DNA of 64,000 nt from Leptolyngbyaceae cyanobacterium (GCA_965263355.1 CBDHHL010000032.1:1-64000), one strand, 5' to 3'; positions 21,630 to 33,283 are shown, counted from the first letter of the stretch. The notes: generated by a model not told the origin, from the sequence alone. Program-made: numbers and translations.

Positions 21630-23249
21630 TTAAACACCAGTGCCAGCCGGTACTGGTGTTCGCTGAGGATGGAGTGCCTCGCCTACTTGAGTGGCGCTGT
21701 ACAGGCGATTGAGTGCCTGCATATAGGCATTGGCCGAGGCCACTACAATGTCTGTATTCGCTGCGTGGCCGGAGTAAATATGCTGGTTATGACGTAAGCG
21801 AATAGTGACTTCGCCAATGGCATCAATACCGGCAGTGACGGACTGGACGGAGTATTCAATCAGGTCGTTGGGAATATCAACTACGCGGTTAATGGCTTTG
21901 TAGACGGCATCTACGGGGCCAGTACCGATGGCGGCATCCATAAGCTCGTCACCGTTGGGAGTAAGAACCGTAACCGTTGCGGTGGGGCGGGCATTGCTGC
22001 CGCAGGATACTTGTACTAGTTCGAGTTTGAAATGTTCGGCGACCTGCTGGGTTTCGTCATTAACGATGGCTTCGAGGTCGCGATCGCTAATTTCCTTTTT
22101 CTTATCTGCCAGTTCCTTAAACCGCAAAAACGCCTTATTCAGCTCCTGCTCCGATAGCTCATAGCCCAGTTCCTGTAGACGGGTACGAAACGCATTACGG
22201 CCTGAAAGCTTACCTAGGACGATTAGATTATCGGTAAGACCAATGGTCTGGGCGTCCATAATCTCGTAGGTGAGCCTATTCTTCAGGACACCATCCTGGT
22301 GAATACCAGACTCGTGGGCAAAGGCGTTTGCACCGACAATGGCTTTATTGGGCTGCACCAGCATACCAGTGACGCTAGAAATCAGGCGTGAGGTTTTGTA
22401 GATTTCTGTGGTGTTGATGTTGGTCAGCGGCGTCTCGGAGTCGGCGGGACGCCCAAAGAAGGGATTAAAATACTGACGGCGCACATGCATGGCCATTACT
22501 AGCTCTTCCAGGGCCGCGTTGCCTGCGCGCTCGCCAATGCCATTGATGGTGCACTCCAGCTGACGGGCTCCGTTTTTAACGGCTTCTAGAAAGTTAGCAA
22601 CGGCCAAGCCTAGATCATTATGACCGTGAACAGAAATGACGGCCTGGTCTACATTAGGGACGTTTTCTTTGATGCCCTTAATGAGCCCGCCGAATTCGCT
22701 GGGGGTAAGGTAACCAACGGTGTCAGGAATATTGATGGTGGTGGCTCCGGCTGCGATCGCACGTTCCAACACTTGATATAAAAACTCAGGCTCTGAGCGT
22801 CCCGCATCCTCCGGCGAAAACTCCACATCGTCTGTAAAGCCCTTAGCAAAGCGCACCATTTCATCCGTAATGGCTAGCACCTGATCCCGTGACTTTTTGA
22901 GCTTATATTTCATATGGATATCAGAGGTGGCAATAAAGGTATGAATGCGACCTCTGGCAGCAGGTGCAATGGCCCTTGCAGCTGCTTCAATATCTTGCGT
23001 TGTCGACCTTGCTAAACCACAGATAGTCGGTCCGTCAGCTGTGCCTACCTCTTGGGCAATGCGCTGGACAGCTTCAAAGTCACCGGGACTAGCGTAGGGA
23101 AACCCTGCCTCAATGATGTCCACACCAAGCCGGGCCAGCTGACGAGCCACTGCTAGCTTTTCTTCCACATTCATCGTTGCGCCTGGAGATTGCTCACCAT
23201 CGCGCAGTGTGGTGTCAAAAATTAAGACTCGATCAGGCTGTGTACTCAT
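21630..23249 (-). CDS. leuA: 2-isopropylmalate synthase
   Basis: [37 protein letters not shown] and the regulatory domain. Confidence 0.97.
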   Translation of the reverse strand: MSTQPDRVLIFDTTLRDGEQSPGATMNVEEKLAVARQLARLGVDIIEAGFPYASPGDFEAVQRIAQEVGTADGPTICGLARSTTQDIEAAARAIAPAARGRIHTFIATSDIHMKYKLKKSRDQVLAITDEMVRFAKGFTDDVEFSPEDAGRSEPEFLYQVLERAIAAGATTINIPDTVGYLTPSEFGGLIKGIKENVPNVDQAVISVHGHNDLGLAVANFLEAVKNGARQLECTINGIGERAGNAALEELVMAMHVRRQYFNPFFGRPADSETPLTNINTTEIYKTSRLISSVTGMLVQPNKAIVGANAFAHESGIHQDGVLKNRLTYEIMDAQTIGLTDNLIVLGKLSGRNAFRTRLQELGYELSEQELNKAFLRFKELADKKKEISDRDLEAIVNDETQQVAEHFKLELVQVSCGSNARPTATVTVLTPNGDELMDAAIGTGPVDAVYKAINRVVDIPNDLIEYSVQSVTAGIDAIGEVTIRLRHNQHIYSGHAANTDIVVASANAYMQALNRLYSATQVGEALHPQRTPVPAGTGV

Positions 23250-23602
23250 TGCAGGTCTTTCTGGACGTGGATAAAACTTATATTACCAACCAGGTTTAAT
23301 TGTAGTCATTACGTTTACAGTTATTCTGATCTGCTGCCCTTAGTATGTAGTGGTTATCAGAAGCGTAGTTGAGTGGCCAACGTGTCAGGCCATTGGCTGC
23401 AAAATCCGGATATTTAGTACAAAACTTTAGATAAAAGAAAAAATCTTAGAGTGTATTACGGACAACCAAGCATATTGGCTGATTAGACTTACATTTGGTT
23501 GTGCATCGGGCCATCTTATGCTTTTACCGATGGTTAACTCCTAAGCTGTTTTCAGTGAGTAACCTAGCTCCAGGTAGCCACTAGCGTTCCCACCCCTTCA
23601 TT

Positions 23603-24889
23603 ATGAGTTCCCGCGTTCAACTCACTGACTCTGCCACCCTTGGTGAGCTGCTTCTCGAAGAAGCACAAGTAAGTCCTCAAACCCTAGGTAATGAAGTTGT
23701 TCAGCAATTTGAGCGACGGCAGCAATTGTCAGGGGTTTTGGTAATTGAAAATGACACCATTGTGGGGGCCATTTCCCGTCATCAGCTATACCAGGGGCTC
23801 AGTCAGCCCTATGCCCTTGAGATTTTTCTAAAACGTCCTATTCAGGTGTTTTTAGATCTCAATCCCCATTGTTGCGATCCCCTTATTCTGAGGTATGACG
23901 AGCGGGTTGATATCGCTACTCAGAAGGGGCTGTCGCGTTCTTCGCAACACTTGTTCGAACCGATTGTCATTGAGTTTCAGCATCCTGAACTGCCTGATTT
24001 TAATCATTATTTTCTGTTAGATTTTCATACTCTGCTCCTGGCTAACTCCCAGGTGTTGGCCTTTGTTAATGGGCAGATGGAACAACAAAAGCAGCTGCTA
24101 GAGGAAGCCCGTAGCCATGCAGAAAGCTATTCTCAACAGCTAGAAGTCCAGCAACGGGAAATCAAATCGCGCAATATTCTGCTCGAAAACCAGCAGCAGC
24201 AATTGCTAATGCAGTCTAAGAAAATCCAAGCCCTCAACCAGCGATTTATGGAGATCGGCAAGGTCTTATCCAAAGAGGGTAAAAAAGCCTTTCAGGCGAC
24301 CTTTGCGGGGGTTAATGCCATCTGTCAAAATACAGACCAAATTGTCAACATTGGTCGCCTCTTAGAGTCAGAATTGGACACCATTCAATCCACATCTAAG
24401 TTGATTGAAAATGTTAGCCGTCAGGTCCGGCAACTGTCTGTCCAGGCATCAATTGCTATCCATAAGTCTGGCCCAGAGCTGGCTGGGTTTTCTTACATTG
24501 CTGAAGAAATCGCTCATCTGGTGAATCAAACTCGCGAGGCCGGACGGCAAATGAATTCCTTGGCAGAAGGATTTCATAATCACGTCCGGGCGTTTACGCA
24601 TTCGGCTCAGTCTGGTACAACTGTTGCCCGTGCTCTGATCTTAGAAATCGAGCAAGCTGCCATTGCGCTGATCGATCTAGAACGCCTACTACAGGATTAT
24701 GAAGCTACGCCTGAGGCGATGACGTTGACTGAGCAAAATAGCCGCCAGGAGATGGATGGTTTACGGCAAAAGCTGGCTTCGGCTGAAGCCACGCTCTCTG
24801 ATTTACGTCAGGCAATTGCTACTCAGGCAAAATTATCGGGAACTGAGCAATTATTCACATCAACAATCCACAGTCGTCGGGCGGGTTGA
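23603..24889 (+). CDS. CBS-like domain, coiled coil and degenerate MCP signalling domain
   Basis: GAISRHQL..LSQPYALEIFLKRPI CBS-like segment; RQLSVQASIA..GFSYIAEEI MCP hairpin-like segment. Confidence 0.7.
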   Translation: MSSRVQLTDSATLGELLLEEAQVSPQTLGNEVVQQFERRQQLSGVLVIENDTIVGAISRHQLYQGLSQPYALEIFLKRPIQVFLDLNPHCCDPLILRYDERVDIATQKGLSRSSQHLFEPIVIEFQHPELPDFNHYFLLDFHTLLLANSQVLAFVNGQMEQQKQLLEEARSHAESYSQQLEVQQREIKSRNILLENQQQQLLMQSKKIQALNQRFMEIGKVLSKEGKKAFQATFAGVNAICQNTDQIVNIGRLLESELDTIQSTSKLIENVSRQVRQLSVQASIAIHKSGPELAGFSYIAEEIAHLVNQTREAGRQMNSLAEGFHNHVRAFTHSAQSGTTVARALILEIEQAAIALIDLERLLQDYEATPEAMTLTEQNSRQEMDGLRQKLASAEATLSDLRQAIATQAKLSGTEQLFTSTIHSRRAG

Positions 24890-24906
24890 GTTTTTAGTAG
24901 CCGACT

Positions 24907-25740
24907 ATGAATGCCCCCACCTCGTTGCTATCACCCTACCAGTATCTCAAGCATGTAGGCCGTTCAATTATTTGTCAGACCTGGGTTGCTAAAGATACCC
25001 GCTGTGAGGAAGATTTTTTTCGCATTATCCAAAAGTTTGATTTTCATACCGATGATCTAAGTCTGATTGAGTTTGGTCATGTTTTGCTGAGTCACAAAGC
25101 TCAGGCCTTGCAGACGCTATTTATCGACATTGCGTCTATCTACAGGATTCATGACTTCTTTTGTGAAGGGGCATCGTTTTACCTCGTCCAGTCCATGGTC
25201 AAAGGGCAATCGTTGCATCGTTTAACCTGGCAAGACTCCCATGAACCTCCAATTTTGTCATTACTGTCGGATATTCTGATGGTGCTGCAACAGGTTTACA
25301 GTTGGGGATTGGCTAGCTGTTGTCTCTATCCCAGCGATCTAATCCAATCACAGTCAAATAATGAGTGGATTTGGACAGGCACCGGTATTTTTAAGATGAT
25401 TGTTTATCAGGTCTGTAAGCCGAAGATAACGTTGACTGGCTTCTTTCCAAAGGATACAGCTGCCTATTTTGCGCCCGAATTTTTGCAGGGAGATTTCGAT
25501 ATTGGGACTGATCTCTATACGGTCGGTGTGGCTATTATTCAGGCGTTAACACAGCTACCTTTAAAGGACTTAGTGTATGGTAACGACGGGTATTTTACGA
25601 TTCGACGTAGCTGGTATCGTCAAACTCAATTGCCTGAGGCCATTGTGGAAATCTTAAGTCGGATGGTTAATCCTAATCCGATGAAGCGATATGCAACGGT
25701 TACCGAGTTATCGAACGATCTAGATAAGTTGCACCCGTAG
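24907..25740 (+). CDS. Ser/Thr kinase-fold protein, probable pseudokinase
   Basis: AYFAPE, DLYTVGV and RMVNPNPMKRY are present; Gly loop, HRD and DFG are degenerate. Confidence 0.7.
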   Translation: MNAPTSLLSPYQYLKHVGRSIICQTWVAKDTRCEEDFFRIIQKFDFHTDDLSLIEFGHVLLSHKAQALQTLFIDIASIYRIHDFFCEGASFYLVQSMVKGQSLHRLTWQDSHEPPILSLLSDILMVLQQVYSWGLASCCLYPSDLIQSQSNNEWIWTGTGIFKMIVYQVCKPKITLTGFFPKDTAAYFAPEFLQGDFDIGTDLYTVGVAIIQALTQLPLKDLVYGNDGYFTIRRSWYRQTQLPEAIVEILSRMVNPNPMKRYATVTELSNDLDKLHP

Positions 25741-25773
25741 GGTGAGCACGGCCCAACAATCAACAAGGGTAAT

Positions 25774-26760
25774 TTAGCCCCGACGATCCTTATGGAGTTT
25801 GGCCAACATCCGATCAATTGCTTCGAATATGGCATCGGGCTCGTCGACCCAGACAAAGTGACTGCTTTGCTGGGTGGGCAGACTCAGGCTCTGACTAGAC
25901 AGCCTCATTAAATTGCGGTGCATTTTAAGCCATACATTATCAGCGGTTTCTAACGGCAGAGGTTTTAGTAAGGGGGCTGGGGTAAAGAAATGGTTGGCCT
26001 TGATATTAATAATGGGCAAGGAGCCTAAATTTTCTGTTTTACGCAGTTGTTCATTGCTTGCATTGATACTCATGATTTCGCGGGCCATGGTAAACCAATG
26101 TTTGGGCCGCACAAAGGAGCGGAGAACAGGGGCAAGTTGGGCCTGGTGGTAATGTCTGAGTTTAGGGCTAATGATTTGAAATAGACCAAACTGTTGGAAA
26201 ATTCGAATAAACCCCAGCGCCGAGCCCAAGACTGACATAAAAAAGCCCGCCGTAAAAATTGCCTTCATCAGCTGTAGGCTCAGGGGCAGTCTAGCCATGC
26301 CATCTTCATGGAGTCCATCGGTAAGAATCAACCCAGCGACATTGTCTGGATAGGTGTGGGCATAGAGACGCATGGTATAGCTACCTAAGGAATCCCCCAC
26401 CAGCACATAGGGGGGCTGAATCTCTGCCTGACGCAAGAGGGCTTCAAATTCTTGCATCATTTCAACACTGTTGCGGGGATTGGGGCTATGAGAACTCCAG
26501 CCGTAGCCTGCACGGTCATAAATACAGACGTCGGCAAACTCAGCGATTTCATCAATTAGCAAATAGCCTTCCACTCCGCCCAGGCTATGGTCCAAAATTA
26601 CCGTTGGTTGATGGGACCTTGCTCGCCCCTGTCGATAAAGATGCAGCTTACAATCTCCGATATCGTAAATTTTTCCGGGGGGGGGGGTTTGGTCTTCTTG
26701 ACGACAGCACCAGATGTGGTAAGCCGTTGTGCAAATAAGAATTAGATTATGAAGCCACAT
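25774..26760 (-). CDS. Alpha/beta hydrolase
   Basis: YDRAGYGWS, GDSLG nucleophile elbow, SHFVWVDEP. Confidence 0.9.
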   Translation of the reverse strand: MWLHNLILICTTAYHIWCCRQEDQTPPPGKIYDIGDCKLHLYRQGRARSHQPTVILDHSLGGVEGYLLIDEIAEFADVCIYDRAGYGWSSHSPNPRNSVEMMQEFEALLRQAEIQPPYVLVGDSLGSYTMRLYAHTYPDNVAGLILTDGLHEDGMARLPLSLQLMKAIFTAGFFMSVLGSALGFIRIFQQFGLFQIISPKLRHYHQAQLAPVLRSFVRPKHWFTMAREIMSINASNEQLRKTENLGSLPIINIKANHFFTPAPLLKPLPLETADNVWLKMHRNLMRLSSQSLSLPTQQSSHFVWVDEPDAIFEAIDRMLAKLHKDRRG

Positions 26761-26814
26761 AGGTTACAGGGGAGCTGCTAGCATCAGACCGTCACTACTT
26801 TACCTAAGGGCTGC

Positions 26815-28446
26815 ATGTTAACGCCAAATCTTATTTCCCGTCAGGGCGAAATTGTGGAGGTGTTTTTACGCCATGGTTGGGATTATATGCGGCGTTTACT
26901 GGTGGGTAAGGCTCCGGAAGAACCGGATATTCCACCCCCAGCGGTGTTGCGAAATATTTTGACGGATTTGGGACCAGTCTATATTAAGTTCGGTCAGTTG
27001 CTGAGTACTCGCCCTGACCTGTTGCCACCGGCTTATATTGAGGCCCTGAGTTCATTGCAGTCTACAGTCCCCCCTGTGGATGCGGTGACTATTCAAACGT
27101 TTTTGAGACAGCATCTAAATCCGGATGAGGCATTTGCGGAGGTAGAGTATGGTGCGATCGCATCCGGGTCCATCGGTCAGGTCCACCGAGCCGTCTTAAA
27201 AAATGGTCAACCCGTTGCCCTCAAAATTCAGCGACCGGGCATCGAAATCCAGGTAAGGCGCGATATGGCCCTGATTCGCGACATTGCCAAGCTAGTGGCC
27301 AGCACCCAGTTTGGTCAGCGTTACAACGTCATTGCCCTGGCGGATGAATTTAGTGCGGCCCTCAATGCCGAGCTGGACTTTACCACTGAGGCCACCTACA
27401 CGGACCAGCTGCGGCAAAACCTGGCCAAAGGCCGCTGGTTTGACGTCCATCAGTTAGCCATTCCCGACATAATTTGGTCCCTCACCCAGCCCAAAGTGTT
27501 AGTGATGCAGTGGTTAGACGGTCAGCCCATTTTATCGGCAGCCATTGGTGGACAGTCGGCATCAGCAGAAAAACGCAATGCTCTCAGTAGTTTGCTATTT
27601 CGATCGTTTTTTCAACAATATTTTATTGACGGGTTTTTCCATGCGGATCCCCACCCAGGCAATATTTTCTACCTGAGTGATGGCAGAGTTGCCTTGCTAG
27701 ATTGCGGCATGATGGGACGGTTAGATCCCAAGACCCGGACCACATTGACAGAGATGGTTTTAGCCATTGTCAGTTCCGATGCCCAGCGCTGTGCTCAGCT
27801 CACATTGCAGCTGGCAGAACCCCTTCAAGCTGTGGACTTGGCCGGTCTAGAACATGACTACAGTCGGTTGTTATCACGCTATTACGGCCTGCAACTCAAA
27901 AACTTCAATACCGCCGTAGCCTTTGCCGAGGTCTTGGAAGCAGGCACCCGAAATCATCTACGCTGGCCTGCCAACATTGGTTTATTTGCCAAATCGTTGG
28001 CAAATCTAGAAGGGGTAGCCCGTCAGTTTAACCCCCAAATTAATCTGCTTGCTGAAATTCGTCCCCTAATGGCTGATCTCTTTCGTCAGCAGCTAATTGG
28101 GGATGATCCGCTGCAAGCATTGTTAAGAACGGGGCTAGAGTTTCGCAACCTTTCCCTATCAGCGCCCCGTCAATTTGGCTTTCTGCTGGATCGCCTGAGC
28201 GAGGAAACCCTAACCTGGAACGTACAGCTTAAAGACCTCACTAATCTGCAGCAAAGTATTGAACAGGCGGCCAACCGTCGTTCCTTTAGTACGGTGGTCG
28301 CTGCCCTAATTATTGGAGCGGCTATTATTTCTAGCAATCAAACCAACATCCAGCTGCAATGGCTCAGCACCAGCTTATTTGCCGCTGCCACATTACTAGG
28401 CATCTGGCTAATTATTAGCATTCTCCGCTCAGGCCGTTGGCGTTAG
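26815..28446 (+). CDS. ABC1/AarF/UbiB family atypical kinase
   Basis: LGPVYIKFGQLLSTRPDL, ASGSIGQVH, FFHADPHPGN and LDCGM. Confidence 0.95.
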   Translation: MLTPNLISRQGEIVEVFLRHGWDYMRRLLVGKAPEEPDIPPPAVLRNILTDLGPVYIKFGQLLSTRPDLLPPAYIEALSSLQSTVPPVDAVTIQTFLRQHLNPDEAFAEVEYGAIASGSIGQVHRAVLKNGQPVALKIQRPGIEIQVRRDMALIRDIAKLVASTQFGQRYNVIALADEFSAALNAELDFTTEATYTDQLRQNLAKGRWFDVHQLAIPDIIWSLTQPKVLVMQWLDGQPILSAAIGGQSASAEKRNALSSLLFRSFFQQYFIDGFFHADPHPGNIFYLSDGRVALLDCGMMGRLDPKTRTTLTEMVLAIVSSDAQRCAQLTLQLAEPLQAVDLAGLEHDYSRLLSRYYGLQLKNFNTAVAFAEVLEAGTRNHLRWPANIGLFAKSLANLEGVARQFNPQINLLAEIRPLMADLFRQQLIGDDPLQALLRTGLEFRNLSLSAPRQFGFLLDRLSEETLTWNVQLKDLTNLQQSIEQAANRRSFSTVVAALIIGAAIISSNQTNIQLQWLSTSLFAAATLLGIWLIISILRSGRWR

Positions 28447-28753
28447 TAGCCTAGTAGTCCGTCAAGACTAAGATTTAGGATGAGGCTAGTGAAAAAAGAG
28501 TCATAGTTGTAAAGGGACAATTTTCTGCCACAATAAAGGGATTCTGACGCTACAGTATTTATATCAATAGGGCATTTATATAGTTAGTGAATGGCTAGGA
28601 CTCAATCCTGACGCCAACGGTCTTGCTATATCTACATTGGCGTAGGCTTTTCTCTAGCCATATTCTAAGTTTGGGTATAGATAGATATAGAGCTACTTCC
28701 CTTAATCGCTATTCCTTAACTAATCTCAAGTTTGTTTTTTACACCACACCCGC

Positions 28754-29470
28754 GTGACCGTTCTCATTTTTGACTTTGACGGTACGATCGCTGACACGTT
28801 GGAGACGATCGTCACCATTACCAATCGCTTAGCAAGTCACTATGGCTATCCGCAGACAACACCGGAGCGATTAAAGTATCTGCGGGCGCTCAGTACGGCT
28901 GAACTCTTAGCGCAGTCCCATGTGCCTTTATTTCAGGTGCCGTTTCTAATGCGGCAGGTGCGGCGGGAACTCAATCAGGATGCTGATGCTATTCAACCTT
29001 TTAAGCATTTGTCTGATGTGTTGTTGACCCTGGCAGCGGACGGTCACACGATGATGATTGCCAGTTCCAATGCCCCATCGACGATTGGTCCATTTTTAGA
29101 CCGTCATGGCTTAAGCCAGGTCTTTAGTCAGATTTATGGCAATATCGGTTTGCTGGGTAAGGCCCGGAGTCTACGGCGCATAATGCGCCGTCATCGCTTA
29201 ATACCGGATGAAATTCTCTACATTGGTGATGAAACTCGGGACATCGAAGCCGCCCACTGTCAGGGGTTGGCCGTGGCTGCTGTGAGTTGGGGGTTTAGCG
29301 ATCGCACCGCCCTAGAAGCCCAAGGTCCCACATTTCTCGTGGATACACCAGAGGAGCTATACCATGCAGTTGGCGAATTCCATTACAGTCAGCGGCGGTC
29401 GTTTTTTATTGGGTCCAAGCGGGGTGACACAGCAGAAACTCCATCATACGTACACCGCGCAGCTGATTAG
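28754..29470 (+). CDS. HAD family phosphatase
   Basis: FDFDGTIADT and YIGDETRDIEAA. Confidence 0.9.
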   Translation: MTVLIFDFDGTIADTLETIVTITNRLASHYGYPQTTPERLKYLRALSTAELLAQSHVPLFQVPFLMRQVRRELNQDADAIQPFKHLSDVLLTLAADGHTMMIASSNAPSTIGPFLDRHGLSQVFSQIYGNIGLLGKARSLRRIMRRHRLIPDEILYIGDETRDIEAAHCQGLAVAAVSWGFSDRTALEAQGPTFLVDTPEELYHAVGEFHYSQRRSFFIGSKRGDTAETPSYVHRAAD

Positions 29471-30140
29471 ACAGGGGCAAATGGCCAATAGGAGCAGATA
29501 AATCCCACACAAACCCACTGGGATAACGAGTCCAAACGTTGTCTGATTTCCAAGCTAGTTTTTCCCACAGTCGATTCCAATTTTGGTTCAACCCTAGCCA
29601 CAGTTCACGCTGTTTAGAAAACCCAAACCGATCTTCTGAATATACCCGCCATAGCTGGTCAATGGTAAGTAAATCAGCTACCGGAAAACTACCTACCTCA
29701 GTAAAATAAACCCACTTACGCTTTACGGCTGCTGGCCCCGCCAGTTCACAAAGTTTTTGCAGCGTAAGTCTGTCTGCCTCTTCAAACTTTTGGGCAATCA
29801 GTAGGTTCTGTAATGGCTGGTAGTCCATATCATTGTCAGAGGCAGGAGTAACTACTCCATCAGGCAGTGTTTCCGCTAAAAATGTGTGTGCAGTGTCCGA
29901 ATCGCTAGTGTTTAAGAGCTGATAAGCTTTGCCCGCCGCCACCGATGGTTCGTCAGCATTCTTAAGGAAATCCATCAAGATAAAAATGCCAGGAGCACCA
30001 GCATTGGCTAATTCTATGACGGCATTCAGCTGGCGCTTTAAGTTATTTGAAAGGAGCTGTTCGGCAAACTTGGCCGTCTTGTCATTATCTATCGGAAGAA
30101 CCGTTGGAGAATCAGCGGATGCGTTAGTCATATCGGGCAT
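29406..30140 (-). CDS. gun4: GUN4 (Ycf53) Mg-chelatase activator
   Basis: FEEADRLT, RKWVYFTEV, FGFSKQ and APIGHLPLSNQLRG. Confidence 0.93.
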   Translation of the reverse strand: MPDMTNASADSPTVLPIDNDKTAKFAEQLLSNNLKRQLNAVIELANAGAPGIFILMDFLKNADEPSVAAGKAYQLLNTSDSDTAHTFLAETLPDGVVTPASDNDMDYQPLQNLLIAQKFEEADRLTLQKLCELAGPAAVKRKWVYFTEVGSFPVADLLTIDQLWRVYSEDRFGFSKQRELWLGLNQNWNRLWEKLAWKSDNVWTRYPSGFVWDLSAPIGHLPLSNQLRGVRMMEFLLCHPAWTQ

Positions 30141-30179
30141 TTATAACACCAAGGTCTGGTGTGGCTTTAAGCATTTTTT

Positions 30180-30252
30180 TAAACCTTAGCTATGTCCAAA
30201 ACAGTAGCTTTTCTCAGAAAAACCTACAGGTTGAACTTTGGACATGGTTTTA
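30180..30252 (+). repeat. ~73-bp MITE-like repeat, copy b
   Basis: TAAACC..ATGTCCAAA...TTTGGACATGGTTT. Confidence 0.75.
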
Positions 30253-30310
30253 GTAATCAGGCAGCTCTCAGGCTACCTCACAATGTCTAGCCAACACAAG
30301 ACAATGCGTA

Positions 30311-30973
30311 TTAATTAGATTCATCAGAACTGCCGGGACGATAGCCATTTTCAAAGGCGTAGCGAATCAGCTGGGAACGATTTTCCAACGATAGTTTGCT
30401 CAGAATATTGCTTAGATGGGTTTGAACCGTTCTGGGACTAATGAATAAATGTTCGCCAATTTGCTTATTGGTAAAGCCCTGAATGACTTCCCAAAATACT
30501 TTTTCTTCAGCTGGTGTCAGAGGTAATGGCTCTGGTGGCGGTGGCTTCGCCGATTCAGTCGCTGGCATTTGTTGCACCAGGCGAATGATTTCTGCGTGCA
30601 TACGGCGAGACCGTTCCAACTGAGCATCGATTTTGGCAATCAACTCCTTGGGGTGAAACGGTTTAACTATGTAGTCGTCGGCACCTTTAGAATGGCCCTG
30701 AATCCGATCATCTAGCTCTCCCCGCCCCGATAGAAAGATAAAGGGCACCAGCTGACCCGAACGAATTTCTCTGAGCTTAGTGCAAAATTCATAGCCATCC
30801 ATCTCAGGCATCATCACATCTGATACCACCAAATCAGGCTGATCCTGTTCAAACAGAGCTAAGCCTTCGGTGCCAGAGGATGCATGGCTAACCTGAAAGC
30901 CTCGCTCTCGTAAGTAGCGGGTTAATGCCGATCTTAAGGTGACGTCATCATCAACAATAAGGATTTTTTTCAT
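30311..30973 (-). CDS. NarL/LuxR family response regulator
   Basis: REC domain (VDDD, DVMMP, KPF) plus LuxR HTH (ISPRTVQTHLSNI). Confidence 0.93.
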   Translation of the reverse strand: MKKILIVDDDVTLRSALTRYLRERGFQVSHASSGTEGLALFEQDQPDLVVSDVMMPEMDGYEFCTKLREIRSGQLVPFIFLSGRGELDDRIQGHSKGADDYIVKPFHPKELIAKIDAQLERSRRMHAEIIRLVQQMPATESAKPPPPEPLPLTPAEEKVFWEVIQGFTNKQIGEHLFISPRTVQTHLSNILSKLSLENRSQLIRYAFENGYRPGSSDESN

Positions 30974-31565
30974 CCTGGTGTCAGCTGCCTCAGAAAAATT
31001 GACTTGCTAAATTCTTGAACTGACTTCCCATAGCCATATCTAGTCTTACAAATCATTCTATCAATCCTACAGCTATGAAGCCTGTATGGCATGTTCTGTA
31101 TCACAGATAGTCCACACGCTTGGAATGAAAAGTTGAATTAGCTGGAAGGTTAAGGGACTCATCTTGAGCACCTAGGCACCTATATTATTTGGTCTAACTT
31201 GGTTTGATTAGGCCCTACATATCTATTAAGGCTAATATAATTCCCAACTAGTGGGATGAGTGCGCAGCCGTAATGTTTCAGGGTTAAGTTTTTCTAAGTA
31301 TGAAATTCAGTCCTGTCTTCCTCAGTTTAGATATTGTGATGGTTTCTAAATTGGATGCTATTAGATGTTATCCACAGCAGTTTTTGCTTGAGAAGCATAC
31401 AAATTAGCTAGGTTAGAGTACGGGTAATCGGCATTTATCTTCTGTTGTTTGGTACAGTGTCGACACCAATACGAAACTTGGGTATAAAGCAGGGTATGGC
31501 TTCGCCAGGATGGCATGTGGGGGATCAAGGTCATGAGCAGCGAAGCATAAACAAGAGGGAGCACC

Positions 31566-33254
31566 ATGGGTGAGTCTGAGAGCCAGGGCAGGAACGAACC
31601 ACTACTGCAATCACTGGATGATGACTTTCAAGCATTGCAGCAGCACTTTGCTGACCAGCTAGCTAAAGATATTGAATACTTACAAACGGAAAAGCAACGC
31701 CTGATGAGTGATCTTGAGGCGCTGCGTGTGGAGTATGACCAACTTTATATTGACTACCAGTCTCTCAAAAATGAGTCAGAGGCCACCCTATCCAAGCGAG
31801 AGCTAGCTCAGCAAAATGTTTGGGCAAAACGTCTAGCCCGCGTCCTGGCTCAAAACTTGCGGGATGACCTGCATGCTTATGTGACTAATTCGGTGGAGTT
31901 GCCCACGCCCACTCAAGACTGGCTCCATTCCCTGGATGACACCCTGAATCGTAGTGTCAAAGCCCTACAGCAAGATCTCAGCAGCTACCAAAGTGCCATT
32001 GCCCAGCAGCTGATGCGTATGCAAACCATGGAGCAACAGGGGGAAGTGATTTTAGCAAACCTGGTGGAACGTCTGAGTAATCAGCTGGGCGGTCATCAAT
32101 TGGGTCAGGCACCTACACCTACGGGTACGCCATTGTCCAGCGCTTTGGATAATCGTCCCCTGAAGGATGGGGGGACGGTGGCAGACAGTCGTGCTTATGT
32201 GGAGCGTCCCCGTCCTGACCAGGTAGCTGGAGCTACTCGTCGGGTAGTGCCCTCCTACGGTGGCCAAACTGTTGGTGGCCAAACCGTTAATCCATCACCT
32301 GTATTGGTAAGTGAGCCAAGGCGAGATCGCAACTTGAAAAAAGGAATGGTACTTTCTGCCATTGCTACCCTTGGTTTTGCTGTCATTACAGTACTTGTCG
32401 GGGGACTAAGTCTGGGCAGTAATGTCTTTGGCTTACCATTAAACGGTCTCGATAGCTTTAGTTTCTTTAATGCCAACGCCTTGCTATGGCTACAGCTAGT
32501 GATGCTAATACCGGCTCTGGCAGTGATGGCTCCACAGCTCTATCGTTCGGTATGGCGAGATATGGGGCAGTCGGTGCGCTCTACACCTCGGCTATTTGCT
32601 CTGATTGGTAGCGGCGTATTTTACTTTTTTGCGCAGGTTTTGTTATTTCAAGCGGCTGGCACTCTAGGGCCCTCTGTTGCAGCCCCCTTACTGTTTACCT
32701 ATCCGTTATTAGTGGTGCCCCTATTGTGGTGGCTCAATGGTGATCGGCCCAATCTTTTGAGGGGTTTGGTGATGTTGGCCATCGCTATGGGGGGAGTTTT
32801 AATTTTACGACCCCTATCGTTATCGAGTGCTGGGGCTGCGCTTTTGTCAGCGGTAGCGTTTGCCCTATATGTCGTGACCAATAATCTTAACAGCCGACAG
32901 AGTCATCCTATTGCAGCTGGACTAATTCAGCACTGCATAATGGCGCTTCTCAGTAGCGTTATTCTGTTGATCCGGCCCCTGGTCGTGACCCAGGATCTTA
33001 CCGGGCAATTTGTTGTAGGCGGGCTGTCCCTTGGGTTAGTCGCTAGTATTAGCTACTTTTTCTATTACACAGGTCTACGGTTGGTGGGTGGCCTACGCAC
33101 AGCCCTGATTGCATCGGCAACACCGTTAGTAACTGCTCTATTGGCTATTTTTTTACTGCCCAATCAGCCCATTTTGCAACTGATTCAGTGGCCTGGGATT
33201 ATTCTTATTAGCCTGGGCGGTATGGCGTTAGCACTTGATCGCCTCAATCGATAA
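31566..33254 (+). CDS. sepJ: SepJ/FraG septal protein (coiled coil, linker, DMT permease)
   Basis: N-terminal coiled coil with LQQDLSSYQS..QQL.RM..MEQQGE, Pro-rich linker, EamA-type C-terminus. Confidence 0.8.
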   Translation: MGESESQGRNEPLLQSLDDDFQALQQHFADQLAKDIEYLQTEKQRLMSDLEALRVEYDQLYIDYQSLKNESEATLSKRELAQQNVWAKRLARVLAQNLRDDLHAYVTNSVELPTPTQDWLHSLDDTLNRSVKALQQDLSSYQSAIAQQLMRMQTMEQQGEVILANLVERLSNQLGGHQLGQAPTPTGTPLSSALDNRPLKDGGTVADSRAYVERPRPDQVAGATRRVVPSYGGQTVGGQTVNPSPVLVSEPRRDRNLKKGMVLSAIATLGFAVITVLVGGLSLGSNVFGLPLNGLDSFSFFNANALLWLQLVMLIPALAVMAPQLYRSVWRDMGQSVRSTPRLFALIGSGVFYFFAQVLLFQAAGTLGPSVAAPLLFTYPLLVVPLLWWLNGDRPNLLRGLVMLAIAMGGVLILRPLSLSSAGAALLSAVAFALYVVTNNLNSRQSHPIAAGLIQHCIMALLSSVILLIRPLVVTQDLTGQFVVGGLSLGLVASISYFFYYTGLRLVGGLRTALIASATPLVTALLAIFLLPNQPILQLIQWPGIILISLGGMALALDRLNR

Positions 33255-33283
33255 AATCGCTCACAAGTAACAGGTTTTAAGAA

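Noticed and set aside
28444..28680. Possible IS/MITE ends (TAGTAGTCCGTCAAG and a TATAG...CTATA palindrome)
   Set aside because: No matching partner end or target duplication found in the window.
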